Source: a virus (Duplodnaviria > Caudoviricetes). From it: a DNA stretch of 58,301 bases. A program made the position numbers and the translations under genes. Below are positions 24,901-34,157 of this stretch, in pieces (the stretch's first letter is position 1; each line of letters begins with the position of its first letter). Location of the stretch: positions 1-58,301 of the IMG/VR virus record IMGVR_UViG_3300032244_000142. One strand, written 5' to 3'. Under the pieces are notes generated by a model. It was not told the origin of the DNA and did not search any database. It saw only the letters and a list, made by a program, of their open reading frames with translations.

Positions 24901-26186
24901 CGATCTGGATGCCACTGTCCAATTCCATATGCTTTTCCACCATCACCAACTGCATTTATTTTTAAATCTCTTCCAGATTCAATTTGTAAATTGCCAACAA
25001 TGCCAGCAGCTTGTTCTGGAGACCATCCTTGACTTTCAAAAAATGCTTTAGCATAAAGAGCATTCTTTGATGCGTTTTTTCCAAATGAATTTGATGATGA
25101 AGCTGGTCGCGTAGCAAAAGCAGAAGTAGAGGCTGGAGTAGAAGCAGGAGTAGGAGTAGGAGTAGATCCGGTTATATATTTTTTAACTGAACTTGCGGCA
25201 GATGAAATACCAGCTTTAGCACCTGTATATGCACTTGATGCTGCATCAGATACGGCACTTCCAACTGCTTTAGCACCAGCTACAGCACTTTTATATGCTC
25301 CTGATGCCATAGCACCAACATCAAAATTTGAAAACCAATTTTGCAATACACTAAACTTTCCAGCTATCGTGTCTCCCAACTCTTGAAATTTTGGAAGAAC
25401 TTTTTCAAACATCTTATGCCCAAAATCAGAATCACCAATCGCTCCACCAACGGCAGCACCAATAGCAGCTCCAATCGGACCACCAATCATTCCAACAAGA
25501 CCACCAATAGTAGAACCAAGAACTCCTGGAGCCATATCCTTTGCGACTTCAGAAATAGATTCTCCACCATTAGCTACTCTATTGTATGCATATAGTGCAC
25601 CAAGACCCAGACCAGCTATTCCAGCACCCTTTACTATTCTTCCCTTTATACTTCCGCGGCGACCCTTTCCACCAGCACCACCACCTATACCACCAAGTTT
25701 ATCTAAAAGTCCTTTACCATTATCACCACCACCACCTCCCGCTGGACCTCCACTACTAGCACCAATGTTATTGATTGCGTCTAGTAGTCTACTATCTCTT
25801 AATGCTTGTTCTCTAGCATTTTCTTCATCAAATTGTGATTTCGCTCTATTAGAGTCCACTTGATATCGCAATAGTCTAGTTTGTTCAAGAATATTCGCAT
25901 TCATCAATTGCAATTCGCGAACAACAGCACTATTGAAGTTTGAACTATCAGATGGTCCGCTAGATGAAGCTGATCCACCGCCACCACCTTTTCCACCACC
26001 ACTACTTCCAGCGCGAGAGTTTGCACTATTTCTCAGACTTTGAGCAAATGAATATGCACCAGTTACACCAGGCATTTCAGATGTTGCGGAGCCCCTTATC
26101 GCTGCACCTATTCCAGTAGCTGAACCTCTTGCAGCTTTTCTAGCAGCTTCAGCTAAAGCTGCTGCGTAATTTCCTATTGATGCCAT
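21945..26186 (-). CDS. tape-measure/baseplate hub (gp29-like) protein with a phage tail lysozyme domain
   Basis: 1413 aa, Ala/Gly-rich; GWSPEQAAGIVGNLQIESG...GIGQWH...QLQFIQWEL (Phage_lysozyme2-like); synteny with gp51/gp26. Confidence 0.75.
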   Translation of the reverse strand: MASIGNYAAALAEAARKAARGSATGIGAAIRGSATSEMPGVTGAYSFAQSLRNSANSRAGSSGGGKGGGGGSASSSGPSDSSNFNSAVVRELQLMNANILEQTRLLRYQVDSNRAKSQFDEENAREQALRDSRLLDAINNIGASSGGPAGGGGGDNGKGLLDKLGGIGGGAGGKGRRGSIKGRIVKGAGIAGLGLGALYAYNRVANGGESISEVAKDMAPGVLGSTIGGLVGMIGGPIGAAIGAAVGGAIGDSDFGHKMFEKVLPKFQELGDTIAGKFSVLQNWFSNFDVGAMASGAYKSAVAGAKAVGSAVSDAASSAYTGAKAGISSAASSVKKYITGSTPTPTPASTPASTSAFATRPASSSNSFGKNASKNALYAKAFFESQGWSPEQAAGIVGNLQIESGRDLKINAVGDGGKAYGIGQWHPDRQATFERVFGKPIRQSNLTEQLQFIQWELNNTERKAGKALKTATTAEQAAVIFDQKYERSSGAAVGQRALMAAGLMGTTSSIFDNVKSIAKETYENVKTGAGSILETTKANVDPAVQVLGQKLEEVRKEIRKASNVAIGVATAIGKDTANNFKNLVQSSARTANAVAPRNKPIRPILKTPEQIIAETNKNFAMQFQKIAPRAISLALRQTLFPKGIGVSQQAAGGALFRGQQLNSIFGVGRSVSKLATSLFGKQYGGMLAPALNNLATGYLEAGARAGGRLLFGMIGGMNAEKSNILTGQILGNYARGNKKLAAEQLIFGTTGVSTGYETVFAKYGFKNPMQGIEYMANTLGSAGSDYVNQFMNPGAKTTEYIDPRTGKKVSLNSTTSFNADAYGRIGDVSSTGATIQNVPGGDKAITTTDIESAKFAADQAYRDELIIAGIGDTNRILAEGRTGSGSTAGGTLGVGGARGFFDTGGPLAQVGNMAFDLGRVAVTQNAMKALGVKNPYMQMLANFAINQGLKYAGQAAYSAVFGNATFTQAAGQAAGYVSNLLGFGGTQTAAPIVDLAGTGYAGAAGASYAGGASAGTVAGFESGVGTIGAAVPQTALAGGAAGAGAGLMEAASALAMNPATWIVAGFLVVGSLIMGSGGDPNPTIQRILWNADNNDIAKITTNWTLDWGQLDQNGQVAWIAVCDQMLKIAFNAAKAFQVKAGSLGTNIGAFDYIGTQINKFGVIIAFYRGTPQAPLGSSIDQIDFGTPEAYSKLNANEVAKRIVKKVEELYKKGVTYDAKLTEELGKTAESLQKVSYNTIASGLLSATAGQLDTSISRATYVQPEEARGPTDYNEAGPVGGSPRGVFNEKTGSWVIDAPDNVVGYDRNGNPIYDLNSDRMLSEADFKTNLADIQAIVPSATATNTGNYIAAASAAAAIAATNATSGSSGASGGSTVVAGNNSNNTTNNTTVVRQVSSVDVLRGMTTQTALPVTG

Positions 26187-26626
26187 TAGCCTCTATCCAA
26201 AACAGAATCGGGATTCGAATTAATCGCAGGTTTTTTAACTACTGGTCTTGATGGTTTAACATCATTGACTGGAGTTAATGTGTCTGTGATTTTTTCTGAA
26301 CTAAAAGTATTTTGCTGTTGAATTGGCGATGGGGAACCAATAGCTGTTTGGAATGTACTAGCACCAGCAATCTTTTCTTGTCCACGACTCCAAGCAGCAA
26401 CTCCAAGAACTGCACCCATTGCTAGATGATATAGTCCTGCGCCTTGAAGAGTGATTGGATTCCATTGACTTGAAACATTACCATGTTGAACTGCTTGAAG
26501 TACCGACCATAAAATTGGAAAAATAATAAAATCAGCAATACAAGTTACCATATATGACCATCCCATCATTGGGCGCCATTTGTTGTTCATCCAGTCTTCT
26601 TTTTTATGGTGGTGCTTAGTTGTCAT
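26186..26626 (-). CDS. 3TM holin-like membrane protein
   Basis: KWRPMMGW...; GAVLGVAAWSRGQEK. Confidence 0.65.
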   Translation of the reverse strand: MTTKHHHKKEDWMNNKWRPMMGWSYMVTCIADFIIFPILWSVLQAVQHGNVSSQWNPITLQGAGLYHLAMGAVLGVAAWSRGQEKIAGASTFQTAIGSPSPIQQQNTFSSEKITDTLTPVNDVKPSRPVVKKPAINSNPDSVLDRG

Positions 26627-26817
26627 CGATTCCTCGCCTGTTGATTTTGTGCTTCTATTTTGTTATTTTGTTCTTCAATGTGCTGAGCCAATAACATTAA
26701 ATATAAATCACGTTCAAAAGGAATCATTTCTTCCAGCACTTCTAAACTATATTTATGATGCTGAATAAGAGCAAAATTAGTTTTATAATAATTTGCTAAA
26801 TTATCATTGCCCATCAC
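26623..26817 (-). CDS. gp51: baseplate hub assembly catalyst gp51 (short form)
   Basis: YYKTNFALIQHHKYSL..LEEMIPFERDLY. Confidence 0.85.
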   Translation of the reverse strand: MMGNDNLANYYKTNFALIQHHKYSLEVLEEMIPFERDLYLMLLAQHIEEQNNKIEAQNQQARNR

Positions 26818-27560
26818 AATACGAAAAAATTTGACATTCCTTCTAGTGTGACTTTATCGTGTGACCCGCAACCACCACATGTCCATTCAATTTCTTTTTT
26901 GACTTTAGGCATTGAAGTGAAGAAGTTATTAATTTTCATGAACTGTTCTTGTGAAAGATTGTCGATGAACTCAATCAATTCATTTCTTGTAATGTCTTCA
27001 GTCTTGTAAATCTCTTCTTTATCATAAATGTATTCAATACAATTTACAACAGACTCCATTGCGGCGTCCATTTGATTCTTTGATTTTTTGCTTAGATGCT
27101 TTAGACTTGCAGCATCAAGTGTTGGATATTTCATTTTAATTCCAACTTGATTCTCTTCGTCAATGACAATATTGTCTGTGTGACCAATTTCTTGATCCAC
27201 TTCAATCTCTGTTAGATTGATATTTACAAGTGTGGTGTGATCGCATTCTGCACCTTCATCATTGTATCCAGTACGATGACGCATACGCAATTCTACACTT
27301 TCGCCAATAGACTTTGCTCGTAGATTGATAAAGAAATATTCCAAATCAAATGTTGGCATCTTCTCTACATCAACTTTATCGATTGCACAATTGTTGATGA
27401 TTTGTTTGATTGCAACCAGATTTGCATTTTGATCGTTTGATTCCATAGCCATCAAAAGAATCTTTTGTTCTTTTACTAGAAAAGGTCTATACTTGACGGT
27501 TTGTTTTGTTGACGGCAAAGTCAATTCAAAGATAGGCGAATTAATTTTCGGTAAAGGCAT
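26814..27560 (-). CDS. gp26: baseplate hub subunit gp26
   Basis: MPLPKI..P.FEL.LPS...VKYRPFLVKEQKILL, FDLEYFFINLRAKSIGE, LEGMSNFF. Confidence 0.92.
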   Translation of the reverse strand: MPLPKINSPIFELTLPSTKQTVKYRPFLVKEQKILLMAMESNDQNANLVAIKQIINNCAIDKVDVEKMPTFDLEYFFINLRAKSIGESVELRMRHRTGYNDEGAECDHTTLVNINLTEIEVDQEIGHTDNIVIDEENQVGIKMKYPTLDAASLKHLSKKSKNQMDAAMESVVNCIEYIYDKEEIYKTEDITRNELIEFIDNLSQEQFMKINNFFTSMPKVKKEIEWTCGGCGSHDKVTLEGMSNFFVL

Positions 27561-27585
27561 AATAATCTCCAAAAAAAGAAATAAT

Positions 27586-28209
27586 TTAAAGCACTAAAGG
27601 TAGTGTATAATATCGATAGTTGAGTGTAACAGAAAAGCGTTGATAAGAGTTAATTTCATCCCAAGAAGCATTCATAGGAGAAATTGCAATTGGGTAAATG
27701 TCATGCATTACAAAATTCATAACTACTTCAGCTTTTGCATTTAATTGTTTAACTGAAAGTCTTACTCCTTTTGCATAGTCTTCATAATATTGAACAAGTC
27801 CTGGATTGATTGATGTAACTGAAGTAAAACTTCCAGCAGAATCTTTTAATGCAATATCATATCCTGCTGGATTAATTATGCTATCAATCCAATTGTCAAA
27901 GAACATTCTTTCTTTTTTATCTTCAGAGCATATGATACTTAATTGAATGTCGCCATACGTTACATCATATGGAAGTTTTAATGTTGTTCCACCACCACCA
28001 ATGTCTTCATTTGTTGCAAGTGTTTTTCCTGGAAATTCTGCTTTTTCACATCTAAAACTAAACGTTTCGTTGATTTTATATGCACCTAAAGCAAATGACT
28101 TTAATTCGTATCCGCCTAATTCAGCTATGAAATAGTTTGGACGAACTGATGCTCCCACTGCATTCTTGAATGCCGATATATTGAAGAATCCATTTATTCT
28201 AGTTGTCAT
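27586..28209 (-). CDS. tail tube-related protein (gp54/gp19-like)
   Basis: RPNYF, CEKAEFPG, ERMFFDNW, IYPIAIS...F.VTLNYRY. Confidence 0.75.
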   Translation of the reverse strand: MTTRINGFFNISAFKNAVGASVRPNYFIAELGGYELKSFALGAYKINETFSFRCEKAEFPGKTLATNEDIGGGGTTLKLPYDVTYGDIQLSIICSEDKKERMFFDNWIDSIINPAGYDIALKDSAGSFTSVTSINPGLVQYYEDYAKGVRLSVKQLNAKAEVVMNFVMHDIYPIAISPMNASWDEINSYQRFSVTLNYRYYTLPLVL

Positions 28210-28809
28210 CTATGCTCTCGATAGTTTCTTGATAGAATCTTCATGCACTCTTCTCGTATCAGCTTTTCTAAATGATTCTGTTGGAAGAAATAGTGCAATG
28301 TCCCATTCGTTTACGTTTATCTCTAAAAACTGTGATCTAACATGCGTTCTCAAATATCTTTTAAGTGTAGGCTTGTAATATCTATACTTAGAAGCTGATT
28401 GCAAAATTGAATACGAAATCTTAACTCTTGTCGTAGCATCATAATTCTTATTTGTCAAAGTAGAATATAAAGCATCCATCAATTTCGCTCTAAGCATTAG
28501 CGGTAAATAGTGAAAGTTAATTCCAAGAAATCCATCTGACTCAAACTTCACAGGAAAGATTAATGGAAATGTGTCATAGTACGGCAACTCTTTCTTCATC
28601 TTAGGATCATAAGCGAAAGCGTACATATAACCAATTTCCATTGTTCCGACTTTTCTTGTTGGATTTGTCATTCTCTCCATTTGCGAAGCTGGAATATTTG
28701 ACGCTAAGTTTTTAACAGAGTTTCGATACCAAGTTCTCGCAGCCTTGCTTTTTGCAGGCACGATTCCTTTTAACAAACCCTGTTGTATAATTTTGTCGAA
28801 TATATCCAT
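28210..28809 (-). CDS. gp2: DNA end protector gp2
   Basis: YDPKMK..LPYYDTFPLI, GINFHYLP, LKRYL..HVRS, LFLPTESF. Confidence 0.93.
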   Translation of the reverse strand: MDIFDKIIQQGLLKGIVPAKSKAARTWYRNSVKNLASNIPASQMERMTNPTRKVGTMEIGYMYAFAYDPKMKKELPYYDTFPLIFPVKFESDGFLGINFHYLPLMLRAKLMDALYSTLTNKNYDATTRVKISYSILQSASKYRYYKPTLKRYLRTHVRSQFLEINVNEWDIALFLPTESFRKADTRRVHEDSIKKLSRA

Positions 28810-28815
28810 ATATTC

Positions 28816-28823
28816 TATTTATC
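28816..28823 (-). promoter_or_regulatory. late-promoter-like element upstream of gp2
   Basis: GATAAATA(GAATAT) on the minus strand. Confidence 0.5.
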
Positions 28824-29262
28824 TTAAATCTTTGTCTGTAATTATTCTAAATTCCCAATTTCTATCTTTAGCGTATTCGGTTGCAGCTTCCCATTTTGCT
28901 TGATTCACTCCCCAAGTCTTTACCTCGTTTAGAAATCTTCTAGTGGGTCTACCAGTAGGAGTGTCTTTTCTTTTTGGTGGTTGTGTTTGAATCGCTGGTT
29001 TTATTTCAATAAGAACAGATTTTAGATTTCCATCTCTATCTCTATATCTCATCCAAAAATCAACAAAGTATCTATGATATCTATTGTCAACTGGAGAAAC
29101 ATAAGGAACGACAACTTCTTCTGAAGACCATTCAAGTATTGACGCATTCGTATCACAATATACCATGAATCTACGCTCTAAAAGACTTCGATAAATAATC
29201 TTAGTCGGATCACCCTTATACTTTTGATAGTTTTGTGGTTTAAATTTACCTTTGTATGACAT
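28819..29262 (-). CDS. gp4: head completion protein gp4 (TnsA-like nuclease fold)
   Basis: YKGKFKPQNYQKYKGDP, YRSLLE, HRYFVDF, EIKP, NQAKW. Confidence 0.93.
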   Translation of the reverse strand: MSYKGKFKPQNYQKYKGDPTKIIYRSLLERRFMVYCDTNASILEWSSEEVVVPYVSPVDNRYHRYFVDFWMRYRDRDGNLKSVLIEIKPAIQTQPPKRKDTPTGRPTRRFLNEVKTWGVNQAKWEAATEYAKDRNWEFRIITDKDLR

Positions 29263-29267
29263 AAATA
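29260..29267 (+). promoter_or_regulatory. late promoter for the baseplate operon, overlapping the gp4 start codon
   Basis: CATAAATA(GAATAT). Confidence 0.6.
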
Positions 29268-29291
29268 GAATATAATTTAGATAGGAAAAAA

Positions 29292-30308
29292 ATGGCTACA
29301 TCTGCACAACTAAATACGGTAACTGTTAATAGCGGAGGATGGAGTTATCCATCAGCTAGTCAATTGAATTTTGGAACAGATTTTGCTGGTTCGGAGTTTG
29401 TAATTCCTGTTGTTAGATTTCAATTTACAGATACATTGGGCGATGATCTTACAAATGCTCCAATTATTTATATTAAAATGGGCGGAACGTTTCAATCTGG
29501 ATTATCCAATCCATGGAACGCAACAGCAAACATTTTTGGAAGTCCTTCTACTGGAGCTGACGATTCTGGTCTCGCAGTTATTAAAAGAATGGGTGGCGGA
29601 TTCTATGAGGCATTACAAAAACAAATAATGAACTCGGTTGGTTCTGCTGCTGGTGCATTTGCTTCTGCTGGACAATCTGGAAAAGCAAACTTTGAATACT
29701 TGCAAAGAAAAGTATTCAACAACTTTCAACAGTTGATTTATTCTGGACCAACGTTTAGACAATTTACATTGCCATTTTCAATGAAGCCCACTAGTTTAGT
29801 AGAAGCGCAAGCAATGCGAGATATTATACAAACATTTAGATTAGCATCTTCTCCTCGGAACGGTCCTGCTATAGATTCTACAAATACAACAGATGATGGA
29901 AATACTTATGATGATGAATTATCAAGATCAAATGGTGGATTGGGATTAAGTGGAAGCGATTATGAATCGGGTGCAGGAGCAGCTGCTGATACAACGTATA
30001 CTGGAGCTGAATTTGACGCATTGATTGCTGGAAGTGGGCAAAGCAAATTATTTGATTATCCAGACATGTGTACTTTTCAATTGATGTTGTATAGTTATCA
30101 ATCAGAACTAGTTACTCTATTTGAATCTGGACGTTGTGTTATAGAATCTGTTGCTGTAGACTATGGATCTGGAAATAAGATGACATTCTTCGACTCAAGT
30201 ACGAACGAATATTTTCCAACAGATGTTACTTTAAACATTGGATTAAAAGAAACCACACTTCTCACTACAACTTCAATAGCTGTAGATAGTCGAAACACAA
30301 TTTTATAA
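29292..30308 (+). CDS. gp48: baseplate tail tube cap gp48-like
   Basis: N..QLIYSGPTFRQF..F.M.P.S..EA....II..F, YPD, CVIESVAVDY, KETTLLT. Confidence 0.75.
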   Translation: MATSAQLNTVTVNSGGWSYPSASQLNFGTDFAGSEFVIPVVRFQFTDTLGDDLTNAPIIYIKMGGTFQSGLSNPWNATANIFGSPSTGADDSGLAVIKRMGGGFYEALQKQIMNSVGSAAGAFASAGQSGKANFEYLQRKVFNNFQQLIYSGPTFRQFTLPFSMKPTSLVEAQAMRDIIQTFRLASSPRNGPAIDSTNTTDDGNTYDDELSRSNGGLGLSGSDYESGAGAAADTTYTGAEFDALIAGSGQSKLFDYPDMCTFQLMLYSYQSELVTLFESGRCVIESVAVDYGSGNKMTFFDSSTNEYFPTDVTLNIGLKETTLLTTTSIAVDSRNTIL

Positions 30309-30311
30309 ACT

Positions 30312-30842
30312 ATGAGCATATTTCAATTCTATCCAAAAGTTGCTTATAAAGTTGACAATGTTGATTACATCAAAGCAATCGATATTACAACTTCAATAAA
30401 AATAAAAGATTTTTTCAAGACGTATCGTGGAATCTCTTTTAATCCTTACGTTGTAAAAGATGGAGAGCGTCCAGATTATGTTTCGTTTAAAGCATACGGA
30501 ACTCCAATGTATGATTGGATCGTTTTATTAGTCAATGAAATTTATAATATCTACGACGATTGGCCCAAAAACACCCAGACATTGAATTCTTATATTGAAG
30601 AAAAATATGGAAGTGTAGCATCAGCTATCAGCACAGTTCAATATTATTATAATTTAAATAACGACATAATCGATGAAACAACTTGGCAAAGTTTATCACC
30701 AAGTCAAAGAAAATCAGAGACTCAATACGAATATGAATTTCGTAGAAACATCAACAAGTCTAAAATAAAACTAGTTAAACGCGACATGATTAATGCGGTG
30801 GACATGGGTTTAAAATCAATCATATCTAAACCCGTTCTATGA
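30312..30842 (+). CDS. gp53: baseplate wedge subunit gp53
   Basis: F..YPKV.Y, YVVKDGERPD, YG...YDWIVLLVN, DWP. Confidence 0.9.
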   Translation: MSIFQFYPKVAYKVDNVDYIKAIDITTSIKIKDFFKTYRGISFNPYVVKDGERPDYVSFKAYGTPMYDWIVLLVNEIYNIYDDWPKNTQTLNSYIEEKYGSVASAISTVQYYYNLNNDIIDETTWQSLSPSQRKSETQYEYEFRRNINKSKIKLVKRDMINAVDMGLKSIISKPVL

Positions 30843-32353
30843 ATAATCAAGAACTATTTAATGCTTATACTGACATTGATCAGGAAGGTGAATATCGTTT
30901 AACAGATATTAGAAATACGACTACAACTATTGCTGGTGGTACTGTAAACGTTGCAGACGTAAGTATTGTAGTTCGAAGTGGAGAAAGAATCACACTTGCT
31001 GGTCAATACTCAAACATTTCGATTCATGAAGATATTTTTGCATCATGCATTTCTGGAACAATCACTATCATTGATTCTGTTGGATTTTTAGAAACTTTTA
31101 GAATCAAAGGTGGCGAACAGATCAATATTAAGATTACAAAACCACAAACAAATGACATTATCATTTGGAGAGAAGATTTAATCGTACATAGAATTAGCGA
31201 ATCCTCAGTTGATCCAGTAACACTAGGTTCTACATTTGATTTACAATTTGTTTCCAGATCACATGTAAATTCTTTAAAGAAATCTCTATTCAAAAGTTAT
31301 AAGAATATTTCATATAAAGAAGCTGCTAAGTTAATTTACTCAGAGATGTCAGTAAATGATTTAGTTATAGACGATCCAAATCTAACTCTAACTAAGCCAT
31401 TCATTTCAACTGGATTGATGCCGCACAAAGCAATGGAGTTTCTTTGCAATCGTGCATGTAAAAAAGACAAGTTTTTTGTTTTCTTTGAAAGACTAGTTCC
31501 AGTCACAGGAACATATCCAGACAACAAACCATTCACAGCTTCACATTACTTCGGAAGCATAGAGTCTTTAATATACGAAGCAAATAAGAGTAAAATAGAA
31601 ACAATTTACTTTAATCAAAAATTAGATTTATGGCTTGAATCTGGAGCAATCATTAGAACTCCTATGCTACAAAGAGATTCTAATTTTAATCATGTTCAAG
31701 CGATGCTTCTTGGATTCTATAATACGACAATGACAACTATAGATCTAATCTCCAGAACTCATTCGACAAAGAAGTTTGGATATGCAACAGAAGACACAGT
31801 AACGAACGATTTCAATCCTTATAAATTGATCGATGATTATAATATTTTTAATGTATACAATGATGCTAAGAATGAAATTCCTGGAAGAAAGTTAATTGCT
31901 TCGTCTATCAATGACACCGCGAGTAGAAGTAGTTGGTTGCCAGACAATATTGTTGGTCAAATTTCAAAGACTTTATTTAAAATTGACGTAGAAATACAAG
32001 GCGGAACTAACAATATCGGCATAGGAAATATTGTTAATCTATATTCTCCAAGTCAGTCTGAAAGATTATCTAATCCTACAAATTCAAATTTAATTCCAAA
32101 TCGATTAGAGTCTGGAAAGTATTTGGTCACTACAGTTGATCATAGAATTCGCCCAGGTGAATATGTTAAAGGTTTGACATTAAGTAGAGCATCGTCGCCG
32201 ATAGATCACAATAAGACCGTAGCTGGAGCTGAAATTGATTTTTCGCTAGATATTGCAACAATTAGAACAAGTATTGGCGATGTTAAAAAGAAGACAGATT
32301 TAGATAACACATCCATAGTAGACAACTGGAGAAACAATAGGATACCATCATGA
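30839..32353 (+). CDS. baseplate hub gp27-like protein
   Basis: IHEDIF..CISG.I.I.D, FVFFE, SGKYLVT.V.H; position between gp53 and gp5. Confidence 0.65.
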   Translation: MNNQELFNAYTDIDQEGEYRLTDIRNTTTTIAGGTVNVADVSIVVRSGERITLAGQYSNISIHEDIFASCISGTITIIDSVGFLETFRIKGGEQINIKITKPQTNDIIIWREDLIVHRISESSVDPVTLGSTFDLQFVSRSHVNSLKKSLFKSYKNISYKEAAKLIYSEMSVNDLVIDDPNLTLTKPFISTGLMPHKAMEFLCNRACKKDKFFVFFERLVPVTGTYPDNKPFTASHYFGSIESLIYEANKSKIETIYFNQKLDLWLESGAIIRTPMLQRDSNFNHVQAMLLGFYNTTMTTIDLISRTHSTKKFGYATEDTVTNDFNPYKLIDDYNIFNVYNDAKNEIPGRKLIASSINDTASRSSWLPDNIVGQISKTLFKIDVEIQGGTNNIGIGNIVNLYSPSQSERLSNPTNSNLIPNRLESGKYLVTTVDHRIRPGEYVKGLTLSRASSPIDHNKTVAGAEIDFSLDIATIRTSIGDVKKKTDLDNTSIVDNWRNNRIPS

Positions 32354-33309
32354 ATTCAGTAAAATTATCTTTTTCAGAATTTGTTTTAATGAAAGACTTT
32401 CATGCAAATGAACTTTGCGAAAAACAGATTCTTTATAATAATGGAAAGAAATATGGACAGATCGTATTTCTTGCTGGTGGTGCTGGATCTGGTAAAGGAT
32501 TCGCAATTAAGAATTTTATGCCTGGAAGTGATTTCAAGGTTCGTGATGTTGATGAAATGAAACTTGCATTTCAAAAATTGGATGAACTTAAAAAATTCAC
32601 AACCAAAGACTTGTTAGAAAAGTACGGAGATAAAATCTCAGAGAAAGATAGAGCAATCATCGATAGAGAATTGACAAGCAAAGGTCTTGGAATGTCAGAT
32701 CTCAATTTGAAAACTCCAACTCATGTATACATTCTTCACGTTTTAGTTCGTGCGACTGGTGTTAAGGAAAAGACATTAGAACTAATGTTAGATGGTGCTG
32801 AGAAAGGAAGACTTCCTAACATCATTTTTGATAGCACATTCAAAGATGTTTCAGACATGACTGATGTTCTATCTAAACTATTTGCTGTTGGATATGAAGA
32901 AAAAGACATTCATGTCACTTGGGTTTTGACAAACTATCAGATTGCAATCAAGAACAACAAATCAAGAGCAAGAGTAGTTCCAGATGATGTTCTTCTTGCA
33001 ACACACAAGGGTGCTGCACAAACAGTCTATGGCTTAGTCACGCATTCGATGCCTAAAGAAGTTCAAGGCGGTGTTTACGTCATTCTAAATAATCCTGAAA
33101 ATACAGTTGTCGTTATTGATCCTAAGACCAATAAGCCATACAAAGATGTGCATGGAAATATTGTTGTCAAAGATTTTAAATACTTGACTTTAAAAGATCC
33201 AGGCAAGCCAGCAAAGAAAGAAATTGAAATCAAAAAGCAGCTTCTTACATGGATCAAAGACAATACTCCTGAGGGAGCTGTTGACACTTCAGATTTGGAT
33301 AAAATGTGA
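32350..33309 (+). CDS. P-loop kinase (Zeta-toxin/AAA_33-like)
   Basis: VFLAGGAGSGKG Walker A, IIFDST, N.SR.RVVP. Confidence 0.7.
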   Translation: MNSVKLSFSEFVLMKDFHANELCEKQILYNNGKKYGQIVFLAGGAGSGKGFAIKNFMPGSDFKVRDVDEMKLAFQKLDELKKFTTKDLLEKYGDKISEKDRAIIDRELTSKGLGMSDLNLKTPTHVYILHVLVRATGVKEKTLELMLDGAEKGRLPNIIFDSTFKDVSDMTDVLSKLFAVGYEEKDIHVTWVLTNYQIAIKNNKSRARVVPDDVLLATHKGAAQTVYGLVTHSMPKEVQGGVYVILNNPENTVVVIDPKTNKPYKDVHGNIVVKDFKYLTLKDPGKPAKKEIEIKKQLLTWIKDNTPEGAVDTSDLDKM

Positions 33310-33542
33310 AACGATATAAAGATTTAATTAAAGGCATTAGACTCTCTACAGAAGAATGGGAAGAGCAAGTCTACGGACCAGAACTATTTGAAACACTACA
33401 ACAAGTAGATGGTAGATGGGCTTTGGTTTCTAAAAAAACTGGAAGACCTTTAAGATATTATAAAGGCGAAGGAAAGCCTTCCGATGAATGGATTGCACAA
33501 CAAGAACGTGAAATTCAATACTTTAAACATATGGGTCACTAA
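33306..33542 (+). CDS. small hypothetical protein, possibly virion-internal
   Basis: 78 aa; GTGA overlap; WALVSKKTGR, REIQYFKH. Confidence 0.65.
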   Translation: MKRYKDLIKGIRLSTEEWEEQVYGPELFETLQQVDGRWALVSKKTGRPLRYYKGEGKPSDEWIAQQEREIQYFKHMGH

Positions 33543-34114
33543 TGAGAAATTTTCTTGGGCATGATGGATTCATTTGGTGGATCGGAGTAGTAGAAGACAT
33601 TGATGACCCTTTAAAGCTAGGTCGATGTAAAGTTAGATGTTTTGGATATCATCCTCCAATAAAAGACAATGCTGTTCCAACAGAAGACTTGCCATGGGCG
33701 CTTGCAATTCATCCTTTAAACACACCAAATCTATATGGCACACCAAGAGTTGGAGAATGGGTGTTTGGATTTTTTCTTGATGCATTAGCAGCACAGGAAC
33801 CAGCGATTCTTGGATACATTCCAGGTATACCGCAAGCTGCATCAGAGTATTTTGGAGTTACTCCAGATCTGACTAGAAATTTTGAAACAGTAACAGAAAA
33901 AGATTCAGTAGTTTTAAATGTCAACGGAACTAAGATTGAAATTCTCAATAATGGTAATCTAAATATAACTGCGAATTCAAACTTGACAATCTCTGGAAAC
34001 TCCATTACAATAACTGGGAAAACAGTAACTATTAGCGACTCTAGTAAATCAGTTACACCAACTTCTATCGACTCGGGAATTGAATTAGCTAAGACATTAC
34101 CTTTACCCTCTTGA
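33542..34114 (+). CDS. gp5: baseplate central spike gp5 (OB domain plus short beta-helix; no lysozyme domain)
   Basis: FIWWIGVVEDIDDPLKLGRCKVRCFGYH, LPWA, GEWVFGFFLD...P.ILG. Confidence 0.9.
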   Translation: MRNFLGHDGFIWWIGVVEDIDDPLKLGRCKVRCFGYHPPIKDNAVPTEDLPWALAIHPLNTPNLYGTPRVGEWVFGFFLDALAAQEPAILGYIPGIPQAASEYFGVTPDLTRNFETVTEKDSVVLNVNGTKIEILNNGNLNITANSNLTISGNSITITGKTVTISDSSKSVTPTSIDSGIELAKTLPLPS

Positions 34115-34128
34115 CGGTCAACACACTG

Positions 34129-34157
34129 ATATTAGCATCTGTCAAGCACTTTGTCAA
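34129..34157 (-). promoter_or_regulatory. antisense sigma70 promoter pointing into gene 5
   Basis: Minus strand TTGACA-N17-TAATAT with extended TG. Confidence 0.65.

Noticed and set aside
33633-34005. Minus-strand ORFs downstream of the antisense promoter as repEA/repEB analogues
   Set aside because: They lack convincing SD or motifs and look like antisense shadows of gp5; they cannot be supported without expression data
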